Below, one piece after another: positions 53,140-64,000 of a DNA stretch of 64,000 nucleotides (position 1 is the first letter of the stretch; each line of letters begins with the position of its first letter). A program made the position numbers and the translations under genes. The notes beneath the pieces are model-generated. The model was not told the DNA's origin. It was given only the letters and a program-made list of their open reading frames with translations, and did not search any database. Origin of the DNA: an uncultured Planctomycetaceae bacterium (GTDB taxonomy: Bacteria > Planctomycetota > Planctomycetia > Planctomycetales > Planctomycetaceae); contig CAWFGE010000020.1 in NCBI GenBank assembly GCA_963815195.1, positions 96,001 to 160,000 on the forward strand. Direction: 5' to 3'.

Positions 53140-53344
53140 ATGCGAGTGATGACACGCGAAGTCAACCAAGGCGTCATCATTGGTGAGAACGTCCACGTGA
53201 CGGTTCTCGAAATTCGAGACAATGTGGTGCGGCTGGGCATCACCTGCGCGGGCCGAATCCCCCGGCACCTACGATTACCGCGAAGAAACCGTCCGCATCG
53301 AACTCCCGGAGAGCCCGAGCGAATCCCTCCAAACCGTTCGCTAG
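53140..53344 (+). CDS. csrA: CsrA-like carbon storage regulator; frameshift near 53250
   Basis: MRVMTREVNQGVIIGENVHVTVLEIRDNVVRLGI, then YREE in a shifted frame ending at TAG 53342-53344. Confidence 0.7.
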
Positions 53345-53477
53345 ATTCGCGAACCGGCAATCGGTATTTTAGAATTCGGAAGAAATTCGGAAGAGTGAAC
53401 CAAACGGGGGGCCGATCCCCCGTTTGGAAGAACTGAGACAAACTCAGGGTCCCTTTTTTCAGAGAGGGTGATTTCAG

Positions 53478-54239
53478 GTGGCCGCTACGGCGGAATATTC
53501 GGAAACAGAACTGGCGGCGATCGGACTCACGGCCGAGCGGTTGCCCCGGCATATCGCCGTCATCATGGATGGAAACGGACGATGGGCCCAAACCCGTGGA
53601 CTGCCCCGCGTGGAAGGCCATCGCGCCGGCGTGGACAGCGTGCGGATCATGGTCGAGGAGTCCGCCCGCATCGGCATCGGGCAACTCACGCTCTATTGTT
53701 TGAGCAGCGAAAACTGGAAACGCCCGGAACAGGAACTCAGCTTGCTCATGCAGCTTTTGGAGCAATACGTCATCCAGGAGCGGGCGGAGATCATGCGGCA
53801 GGGGCTGCGGTTCGGGATCATCGGCCGGCAAAGCGGTCTGTCCCCCGGCGCGATTGCGGAAATTCAAAAGACGATCGATTGCAGCCGGGACAACCAGGGC
53901 ATGCGGCTGTGCCTGGCCCTCAACTACGGGAGCCGGGCCGAGATCACCGATGCCGTCCGCGAAATCGTCCGCCAGGCGAATCTCGGACAAATCCAGCCCG
54001 ACCATGTGGACGAAGCGCTGGTCGCCGATCACCTTTATACCGCGGGCATGGCCGATCCAGATTTGATCATCCGCACCGCGGGCGAGATGCGGCTGAGCAA
54101 TTTTCTGCTCTGGCAAAGCAGCTATGCGGAACTGTGGGTCACGGAGAAATGCTGGCCGGACTTTCGTCAGGACGACCTCATCGCGGCCCTTAAAGATTTT
54201 GCCTCCCGCGACCGGCGGTTTGGCGGATTGAAGGAATAA
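53478..54239 (+). CDS. uppS: Undecaprenyl diphosphate synthase (cis-prenyltransferase)
   Basis: HIAVIMDGNGRWA, SSENWKRP, ALNYGSR, DPDLIIRTAGEMRLSNFLLWQ, RRFGG. Confidence 0.96.
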   Translation: MAATAEYSETELAAIGLTAERLPRHIAVIMDGNGRWAQTRGLPRVEGHRAGVDSVRIMVEESARIGIGQLTLYCLSSENWKRPEQELSLLMQLLEQYVIQERAEIMRQGLRFGIIGRQSGLSPGAIAEIQKTIDCSRDNQGMRLCLALNYGSRAEITDAVREIVRQANLGQIQPDHVDEALVADHLYTAGMADPDLIIRTAGEMRLSNFLLWQSSYAELWVTEKCWPDFRQDDLIAALKDFASRDRRFGGLKE

Positions 54240-54246
54240 CCCCCGC

Positions 54247-55138
54247 ATGCTGGGCTGGCGAATCGGCGTTTCGGTCGTGCTGATCCCGGCGCTTCTCCTC
54301 GTCTTTGCGCTGGATCACCAGAGCGGCGAATCGGCTCCTTATCTCTTAGCGCTGTGCGTGCTGTTGACGATTCGCGGATCGTGGGAGTTCGCTCAGTTGG
54401 TCCGCGTGCGGTTGTTCGAGCCTTCGTTTCCCGTTCTCGCCAGCGGCACATCGCTGGTCGTGCTCGCGGCGTGGTGGGGGCATCTGGACTTCTGGCCTTG
54501 GAACACGGCTCAACATCCGGCCGTTTCCCTCGCGGCGTCGGCGGTGTGTCTGGCGATCGTGGTGCTGCTGCTCTTTTTGCGCGGGCGTTCGCTACCGCGA
54601 ACCGGGGCGAAGCCTGGAAACCTTGGGCGTGGAAATCTTGGGCGTGTGTTACCTGGGTTTGCTTCTGGCGGTGACGGCTCAACTTCGCTGGGTCGCCGGG
54701 GCCCAGGCGGGATATTATGTGTTGGGTTCGCTGGTGATTGCCGCGAAGTCCGGCGACATCGGAGCCTACACCTTGGGCCGGCTCTTCGGCAAACGGAAGA
54801 TGATCCCCCGGCTCAGTCCCGGCAAGACCTGGATGGGATTTTGGGGCGCGCTCGGCGGAGCGGCGCTCGGAGCCTGGGCCTGGCTTTCCTTTGCCGCCCC
54901 GCTGTTCGGCGAATCCGTCAAACCCCCGCCGGCCGGTTGGGCCCTCTTCTACGGCGTGATTTTGGGCCTGGTCGGATTGGTGGGCGACCTGTGCGAATCG
55001 CTCATCAAACGCGACGCCGGCCAGAAAGATTCCGCCGCGCTCTTTCCAGGCTTCGGCGGGCTCCTGGACCTCTTGGACAGCGTCCTTTACGCCGGCCCGG
55101 TGGCGTATGTGTTGTGGCTGCTCTTGCCCTTGGCGTAA
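54247..55138 (+). CDS. cdsA: Phosphatidate cytidylyltransferase; frameshift near 54585
   Basis: DIGAYTLGRLFGKRK, SPGKTW, GDLCESLIKR, KDS, GGLLDLLDS; follows uppS. Confidence 0.9.
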
Positions 55139-55200
55139 TGAACCGCAGGGCGCTCGCCCCGATTTCTAGGGAGAACCGGGGCGAGCGCCCTGCGGCTGAT
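55137..55200. repeat. REP-like doublet, family E
   Basis: CCGCAGGGCGCTCGCCCCG ... CGGGGCGAGCGCCCTGCGG between convergent genes. Confidence 0.8.
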
Positions 55201-55205
55201 GAATC

Positions 55206-56432
55206 CTACGCGTCCCAGGCTTTTTTGACCTGGGTCACGGAATCCATGTAGGCTTTGCAGAGGATCGTGGGATCCGCTCCCGATCGCATCAGGCGGTCCC
55301 ACTGGCATTGCTCGTAGAGGATCACCTGTTTCAAGATTTCCCCGAGCCGATTCTCTCCGTGCAAAATCGCAGCGCGGATGCTTTCATCCAGCGGCAGGTC
55401 GGCCAGCAGATCTTCGAGGGGCTGGCCCATCAAAACATCCAGCATCGACAACAGCCCGGCGGTGAAAAACGGATGAGGGTTGCCCGCGTCGAAATGCTCG
55501 GCCAGCCGCCGGCACATCCAGCCCCGCAACAGGGCCGTCCGCGCGCTTTGTTGCGGAACGTGCTTGTTGCCCGCGAGCATCAGCAGAGTCGCCACCGTCC
55601 GCACGCCTTCCAGACCCAATAGCACGCAGGCATGCCGCAGCGATTCCACGTTCCGCCGGATGCCGAAGTGGGACGAGTTCACATACCGCAGAAGCTTGAT
55701 GCACAGTGCCGGATCCTGCTCGACCAGGCCGGTGAGTTGCGGCAAATCCGATTGCGGGTCGTTGATGGCGGCGAGAATCTTCATCAGCGCCATCTGGTTG
55801 CCGTCGAGTTTTCGGCCTTCGATAATCTCCGGTTTGGCGAGAAAGTAGCCTTGAAACAGGTCGAACCCCAATTCGCGGCAGAGTTCGAACTCTTCCAGAG
55901 TTTCGACTTTTTCGGCCAAGAGCGTCACGGGCCACTTGCGGAGAATCTGGACCTGATCGGCCCACTCTTCCCGCGGGATTTGGGGCATCTCGACTTTGAC
56001 GATCGAAGCCAGGTCCAACAGTGGGTCCAGTTCGGGACGGTAGACCACATCGTCCAAGGCGATTTTATAACCGGCCTCTCGGAGCGTTCTCACGCCTTCG
56101 AGCAGTTCCTCATCGGGAACGATGTCTTCCAGCACTTCCAGGACGAGCCGATCGGGGCATTCGGGCAAGGGGTGCGTTCCGACCAGAAATTCGCGGGTGA
56201 AATTCATGAAGGCCACGCGGTCTTCCACCACCTGCTCGAATCCCAGCTCCACAAACGTGTTCATCAGAACCGAAGACGTAGCCTGATTGGCATCGTCGAA
56301 ACAGGTCCGTCCGGCACCCGCCGAGCGATACAGGATCTCATAGGCCACGAGGTTCTTTCGCCGATCCACGATGGGCTGCCGACCCAACCAGACCGGCGAA
56401 CTGCAGCTATTGGACAAAGTGCTCAAGGGCAT
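55206..56432 (-). CDS. EAL + HDOD domain protein (YuxH/PdeH-like c-di-GMP phosphodiesterase)
   Basis: RQPI..YEILYR, FMNF, LEVLE, IALDD, LLAEKVET, FQGY; DPALCIKLLRYVNS HDOD. Confidence 0.9.
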   Translation of the reverse strand: MPLSTLSNSCSSPVWLGRQPIVDRRKNLVAYEILYRSAGAGRTCFDDANQATSSVLMNTFVELGFEQVVEDRVAFMNFTREFLVGTHPLPECPDRLVLEVLEDIVPDEELLEGVRTLREAGYKIALDDVVYRPELDPLLDLASIVKVEMPQIPREEWADQVQILRKWPVTLLAEKVETLEEFELCRELGFDLFQGYFLAKPEIIEGRKLDGNQMALMKILAAINDPQSDLPQLTGLVEQDPALCIKLLRYVNSSHFGIRRNVESLRHACVLLGLEGVRTVATLLMLAGNKHVPQQSARTALLRGWMCRRLAEHFDAGNPHPFFTAGLLSMLDVLMGQPLEDLLADLPLDESIRAAILHGENRLGEILKQVILYEQCQWDRLMRSGADPTILCKAYMDSVTQVKKAWDA

Positions 56433-56630
56433 AGCGTTCTCCCTTAAATCTCAGAACGGGGAATGCATAAGCATATCTTGCCGCGTGCGTTTTCGAGGGG
56501 AGATATGTGTACCCAATGCGTCAAAATCCAGTACCGGCGATCCATTATTCCCGTGGGAACGATTATTCGGAAAACGCGCATCGATTAGCCGCCGGTGCTA
56601 GCCCCGGTTCTTGGCTTCTGCTCCTCCAAC

Positions 56631-58116
56631 TTACAACTGTTCCTCGGCGACTTCGATCGCACGGAGCAAGCCGCGGGCTTTGTTGAGGGTTTCTTCGTAT
56701 TCCGATTGGGGCACGCTGTCGGCGACGATGCCCGCGCCGGCTTGCACATAAGCCGTTTGGCCGATCATCACCAACGTTCGCAGCGCGATGCACGTATCCA
56801 TGTTGCCGGTGAAATCCACATAACCCACCGCACCGGCATAAGGCCCCCGGCGGTGGGGTTCCAACTCGTCGATGATCTCCATCGCGCGCACCTTGGGGGC
56901 ACCGGAGACCGTGCCCGCGGGAAGCCCCGCCCGCAGCGCGTCCAAGGCGGTTTTGCCTTCGATGAGCTGGCCGGTGACGTTCGATGTGATGTGCATCACG
57001 TGGCTGTAGCGCTCGACGACCATCACGTCGCTCAAGCGAACGCTGCCGAATTTCGCAACCCGCCCCACATCGTTCCGGGCCAGGTCGATGAGCATCACAT
57101 GCTCGGCCCGCTCTTTGGGGTCGGCAAGCAGGTCCTCGGCGAGTTGTTGATCCTCGGCTTCGGTGCGGCCGCGCGGCCGGGTTCCCGCGAGCGGGCGGAT
57201 CGTCGTGGTTCCATCTTCCACACGCACCATGATCTCCGGCGAACTGCCGATGAGGGTCACCTCCGGCGTCTTCAGCAAAAACATGAACGGGCTGGGATTG
57301 ACCACCCGCAGCGCCCGGTAAATGTCCAAGGGGCGGGCCTGGGTTTCCATCTCCAACCGCTGGCTGAGCACGACCTGAAAAATATCCCCGGCCCGGATGT
57401 ATTCCTTCGAGCGCTCGACGGCGGCTTCAAACTCGGCCTGCGTGAAATTCGATCGCGGCACCTCGGATTTTGTTTGAGTGGCCGGATGGATGTCCGTTAG
57501 TTGCAAATCGATCGCCCCGCGCTGCAGTTGCCGGCAGACCTCGTTGACCCGCTCCCGCGCGGTCGTAAGACGCCTGCAAATCGCCCGCGCGAACGTCGGC
57601 GTGGGCCACGACCAGGATCGTCTTGTTGATGTGGTCGAAGATCACCATCCGGTCGTAAAACGAAAACGACAGATCGGGCAGTCGCCGATCGTCCTCGGGC
57701 GGGTTCGGCAAGTGTTCGGTATAGCGGACGACATCATACCCCGCGTAGCCCACCGCCCCGCCGCAAAACCTCGGCAAGCCCGGCAAATGCACCGCCCGGT
57801 AGCAGGCGAGTTTTTTTTCCAGCTCATCGAGCGGGTCATCGACTTCGTATTCGCTCCGCCGGCCTTCTTCGGTCAAGACGACCTTCCGGCCGTAGGCGTC
57901 CAATTGCAAAAACGGGTCGGACCCCAAAAAACTGTACCGACCGACTTTCTCCCCGCCGACGACGCTTTCGAATAAAAACGAGCAAGGCCCCCACTGCAAT
58001 TTGCAGTACGCCGAGACCGGCGTGAGTGTGTCGGCGAGCAACTGGCGATAGACCGGCACGAAATCGACTCTCCCGGCCAGTTTGGAGAACTCGTCAAAAT
58101 CCGGCGTGTGCTGCAT
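56631..58116 (-). CDS. trpE: Anthranilate synthase component I; frameshift near 57550
   Basis: [82 protein letters not shown]. Confidence 0.93.
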
Positions 58117-58143
58117 GGGATGTTTGTCCTTGGTCGGTGTCTT

Positions 58144-58248
58144 GGCGAGCGTGGGGCGTCCGCCCGGGCGTCCGCCCCATGATCGTGACGGGGAAGAGAG
58201 CGTGATGATAAACGGGGAAAATCACCGGGCGGACGCCCCACGCTCGCC
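58144..58248. repeat. 24-bp inverted repeat pair (REP-like)
   Basis: GGCGAGCGTGGGGCGTCCGCCCGG ... CCGGGCGGACGCCCCACGCTCGCC upstream of trpE. Confidence 0.7.
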
Positions 58249-58373
58249 TCGGTCGTTCACAGTCTTGCCGGTGGATTGTCCTTCCGAGGGCACGAGCGCC
58301 GGAATGTAGGTCGGCGTTCTATCTTATGCTTTTGTCTAGAGTTACGTCACTCTTTTCGTCCAAAAACCGCAAC

Positions 58374-58401
58374 TTGACACTCCGGGGGACACGGCTAGAA
58401 T
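58374..58401 (+). promoter_or_regulatory. Sigma70-type promoter of mcsAB
   Basis: TTGACA-16 nt-TAGAAT, 46 nt upstream of the mcsA ATG. Confidence 0.65.
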
Positions 58402-58447
58402 GAACGTGGTTCGTTCCGAATCTTAGTCGTCAACAAAAGCCCGGATC

Positions 58448-58954
58448 ATGAAAAAATGCAGCCGCTGTTCCAAACCCGCCATTCTGCACATCACCGAGAT
58501 TGAACAGAGCGAAGTGCAGGAGCTGCATCTTTGCGAAAGTTGTGCCCAAGAATATCTCTCCAGCAGCGAGCCGTCACCCTCCACAGAAAGTTTTCCCGAG
58601 AAACTCGCCGAGTTCGCCAGCGAGCACGAGATGGACGAACTCGACCAGCTCGTGTGCCCGAATTGCGGGATCACGTTTCGGGAATTTCGCAGCCAAGGCC
58701 GGCTGGGCTGTCCGCACGATTACATCGCCTTTCAGCGGGAACTCCTGCCGCTCTTGGAAAACATTCACGGGGAGACCCAGCACGCCGGGAAGTTTCCCAA
58801 ACGGGCTCCCCACGCCAGCCAGCGCCAATATCGATTGATCAAGCTTCGCAGTCAACTCCGCACGGCGGTCGAGCACGAGAACTACGAAACCGCCGCCGGC
58901 CTTCGCGACGAGATCCAGGCCCTTGAATCCGAAGAAGACCCGCGGGAGGAGTAA
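58448..58954 (+). CDS. mcsA: McsA, activator of protein-arginine kinase
   Basis: CxxC motifs (CSRC, CESC, CPNC), GRLGCPHDY, UVR motif ENYETAAGLRDEI; adjacent to mcsB. Confidence 0.9.
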   Translation: MKKCSRCSKPAILHITEIEQSEVQELHLCESCAQEYLSSSEPSPSTESFPEKLAEFASEHEMDELDQLVCPNCGITFREFRSQGRLGCPHDYIAFQRELLPLLENIHGETQHAGKFPKRAPHASQRQYRLIKLRSQLRTAVEHENYETAAGLRDEIQALESEEDPREE

Positions 58955-59065
58955 CCAAGCGTGCTTTACAGTCCAAAACCGAAACGCAAAAATAACTTCT
59001 TGAAGGCCTGAGCCGGTTTTGTTCCTGCCTTTTGACAACCATCCCTTTCTTCAAGGAGTGCGATT

Positions 59066-60136
<1,071 letters not shown>

Positions 60137-60621
60137 GCGCTTCGCGGATTCATTCCGGGCACGTGTTGCAAGAACACTTGGGGGAGGTGGGAGCGTGTGC
60201 CTCCGCGGACGCCGGGGGAAGCGGCGGATCGGGGATGGAGAAGTTGTAGGCGTCGCTGGGCATCGACTCGGGCACGCGGTTCAGGCGATTCAGCCGATGT
60301 CTTTGCAAATTGTGGAAAACGTCGGTGCAGCCCGTCGCGCTCAAGGACGAGAATTCCCGCGACCAACCCGATCCAAATTCGAGAAATGCTCATACGTGAT
60401 CCACCTCCTGCGACCGGAACCGGCCGGGAGTTGAGTGATCGTCTTGTGATGAGAACCGAGGGAAAGAGAGGCGGCGGACGTTAGCAAAACCCGCTTCGCT
60501 CTCCAAGGGCAAAACTTACAAATTCTTCGCCCTTCCCCGCAGAATCCTGGTTCACAAAATCATGGTTCTGTGGAATCGCCGGGGCGGCATTAATTGGAAA
60601 CATGCGCGGACTCGCCTGCCG

Positions 60622-61728
<1,107 letters not shown>

Positions 61729-62000
61729 GGATGAGAACCTCTGAAGTCGAATCTGCCGTGGTCCGGGATCAAGTTGTTGGTGCACAGCGATTATAACCGA
61801 GCCCATCTCCATTCGCGAATCCGGCACCGCTAGCGTTTCGTTCACGTCGAATTCTGTTGCGGAGCTTTCAGAATTGAACTAGGATTCCAAGCGTTTGAAC
61901 AGCAGGAAATTCTTCCTTATCGATCGCGGGCCGAGTTTTTTTTCCGAAGCATCCACGCACAGAACAACCCATTCGCCGGAAGAGACTTTGAGGCCGACGC

Positions 62001-63446
62001 TTGAACGAGATTTCGCTGCCAGACGGGTTTGGGAACCTGCCCAGTGACCCGCGGATCGTGGATCGGATCTTAAGGCTCCTTCCGCTTGAGGAAGAGTCGG
62101 CTTCTCCGGTTTGGGACAGCGTGCGTTGGGATCCGGCCCTGGCCGCGCGAATTCTCGCCGCCGCCGATGCGACCCGCTGGGACGAGGCGAAATCGAAACT
62201 GGACGATTTCACGTTGCGGATGACGGCATTGCAGTTTTCGCTGCCGAATTTCGCATCCGAGCTGGAAGACACCCGGCTCCTCTACGAAACATTTTGGCGG
62301 CGATGCCGGATTGTCGCCGCCGCTGCCGAGTTATTATGGATGGAGAAACCGGCCCCGCCCGAAACAGACGTGGATTTATTTCTCGCGGGCTTGCTCGGCG
62401 ATTTCCATCGTTTGATTCTCATCGACCGCTCCCCCGTGGAATCCCGGCAGATCTTCGAGACGGTCTTGAACACAGCCCGTCCGTGGGCAGAAGTTGAGCG
62501 GGAACCCATCGAAACCGACAATCGGCCGAATCCCGCCGCAAACGAGGGCCAGGCACCGACGGCGGTCTGGGACGTTCTCGCGGTCGCCGCCGCGCTGGGG
62601 GATTTCATCGTCTGGAGCGAATTGAGCCCAAAGCATTCCGAGATTTGGAAAGAGCGGCTGAAGCAGGAATATACAAACCGGATCGCCGATGTCCCGGATG
62701 TCGAAGACCGCCTCGAGACGCTGACCCAAACTACGCAAAGGCGATTGTCCGAATTGGTCCCCGCGGCTTTCGAGACGGAGAGAACAAACGCCGAGCGGTG
62801 GACGCTCGCAAATTGCGAGTTGGCCCGGTTGGGGTTCGAGGTCCACAGCCGCGCCCGGAAATCCGAAGCGTCGCTCGAAAAACTCGAGCAGCGGATTCAC
62901 CGTCTGGAATGGCACATGATCCGCGACTCCCTCACCGGCGTTTACAATCGCCGGTTTCTGCTGGAATCGCTCGAAAAGGAAGCGGCCCGCTGCTTGCGGT
63001 ATGGAGAGCCGATGGGTTTGTTGTTCGTCGATGTGGACGAGTTCAAGCCGCTCAACGACACGTGGGGACATTTGGTGGGCGATGCCGTGCTCCGGCAGGT
63101 CGCCGAGGTCTTGGGCAGAACACTCCGGGCAGCGGACATTCTGGCCCGCTTTGGCGGAGAAGAATTTGTGATCCTGGCGAACAAGCCCTTCAAAGCGGGG
63201 CTGGTGCAACTCGCCGAGCGGCTGCGAACGGCGGTCGAAGCGATGCAGGTGGAGACGAACCTTGGACCGGTGTCGGTGACCGTGAGCGTGGGCTGCGCGT
63301 TGGCCGTGCCTTCGCAGGACGAAACGCAATTGGGGCAGCAACTCCTGGCGGCGGCGGACGCCGCGATGTACGAAGCCAAGCAACTGGGCCGGAACCGCGC
63401 GGTGTTTCGCTCCATGTTGAACGAGGCCAGGCCGCAAAAGTCATAG
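62001..63446 (+). CDS. Diguanylate cyclase with degenerate N-terminal HDOD domain
   Basis: DPALAARIL; DSLTGVYNRR, DVDEFK, ND.WGH..GD, RAAD I-site, RFGGEEF. Confidence 0.9.
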   Translation: MNEISLPDGFGNLPSDPRIVDRILRLLPLEEESASPVWDSVRWDPALAARILAAADATRWDEAKSKLDDFTLRMTALQFSLPNFASELEDTRLLYETFWRRCRIVAAAAELLWMEKPAPPETDVDLFLAGLLGDFHRLILIDRSPVESRQIFETVLNTARPWAEVEREPIETDNRPNPAANEGQAPTAVWDVLAVAAALGDFIVWSELSPKHSEIWKERLKQEYTNRIADVPDVEDRLETLTQTTQRRLSELVPAAFETERTNAERWTLANCELARLGFEVHSRARKSEASLEKLEQRIHRLEWHMIRDSLTGVYNRRFLLESLEKEAARCLRYGEPMGLLFVDVDEFKPLNDTWGHLVGDAVLRQVAEVLGRTLRAADILARFGGEEFVILANKPFKAGLVQLAERLRTAVEAMQVETNLGPVSVTVSVGCALAVPSQDETQLGQQLLAAADAAMYEAKQLGRNRAVFRSMLNEARPQKS

Positions 63447-63562
63447 CGGCGGCATCTTGCCGGCCTGCAACAGAGGCGTTTCTTGCGAGCCCCCTGCGAG
63501 CGCATTAGACTGGGCGGGTTGTCTTACAATCCGTTCTTGACTCCAGCCGGGAGAGTTTGTTC

Positions 63563-64000
63563 ATGCACGGCGTGTTCGCGCGGGCGCGGTTTTTGGCATT
63601 GGGCTTTTCGCTTCGGTCTTGTTGGCCAATGTCCTTGGGGCGGCCGAGGTTCAGAATCAAACGCGACAAAAAACGCCCGCGCATCCCATCGTGCCGGGAT
63701 TTGAACGCTTTGCAAGCACAGACGCGGAAAACGTCCTGCACCCGGGCCGGTTGTTGTTGGGCGAACTCAATTGCGCTTCCTGCCATGAATCACCCAAAAC
63801 TGCATCGCAACTCATCCAAACCAAGCAGGCTCCGATTTTGGATGATGTGGGAACGCGCGTGCGGGTGGAGTACCTGCGGGCATTTTTGAACGATCCCCAG
63901 CACACCAAGCCCGGCACCACGATGCCCAATCTGTTTGCCAATCGGCCCGAAGCCGAGCGCAAGCAGCAGGTGGAAGCCCTGGTGCATTTCCTGGCGATGA
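63563..64000 (+). CDS. Secreted cytochrome c protein, 5' part; frameshift near 63612, runs off the window
   Basis: Hand translation ...PGFERF..GRLLLGELNCASCH..APILDDVGTR..PQHTKPGTTMPNL. Confidence 0.75.

Noticed and set aside
58117..58320. trp attenuator or T-box upstream of trpE
   Set aside because: No Trp-codon leader peptide or T-box motif found; only a REP-like inverted repeat

Overview
GC-rich bacterial DNA, most likely a Planctomycete (two Tat-signal DUF1501 genes, a LEPR-xLL-like N-terminus, PA14/multi-haem cytochrome c proteins, CsrA paralogue). Housekeeping blocks: YrdC-YwlE fusion/rpiB/gcvH/gcvPA/gcvPB/lipoate ligase (no gcvT); a Wzm/Wzt-GT2-gmd-GT4 polysaccharide locus; hemD, ilvD, trmL, uppS-cdsA, trpE, mcsA-mcsB; two c-di-GMP genes. 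About 14 genes have 1-nt-type frameshifts and gcvPB has an in-frame TAG, which points to uncorrected long-read errors rather than real decay. The most interesting part is an accessory island at ~26.8-36.2 kb. Its left half is an AT-richer array of orphan polymorphic-toxin tips and immunity-like genes bounded by REP-doublet (REPIN-like) elements: three near-identical 146-bp GTAG units, one 158-bp GGGTGG unit that splits a lipoprotein signal peptide, and a chimeric A/B junction. No transposase, recombinase or toxin trunk is present in the window. Its right half has two divergent TetR/methyltransferase modules (one an MddA-like methanethiol S-methyltransferase) sharing one operator. All family calls come from visual motif recognition; no searches were run.
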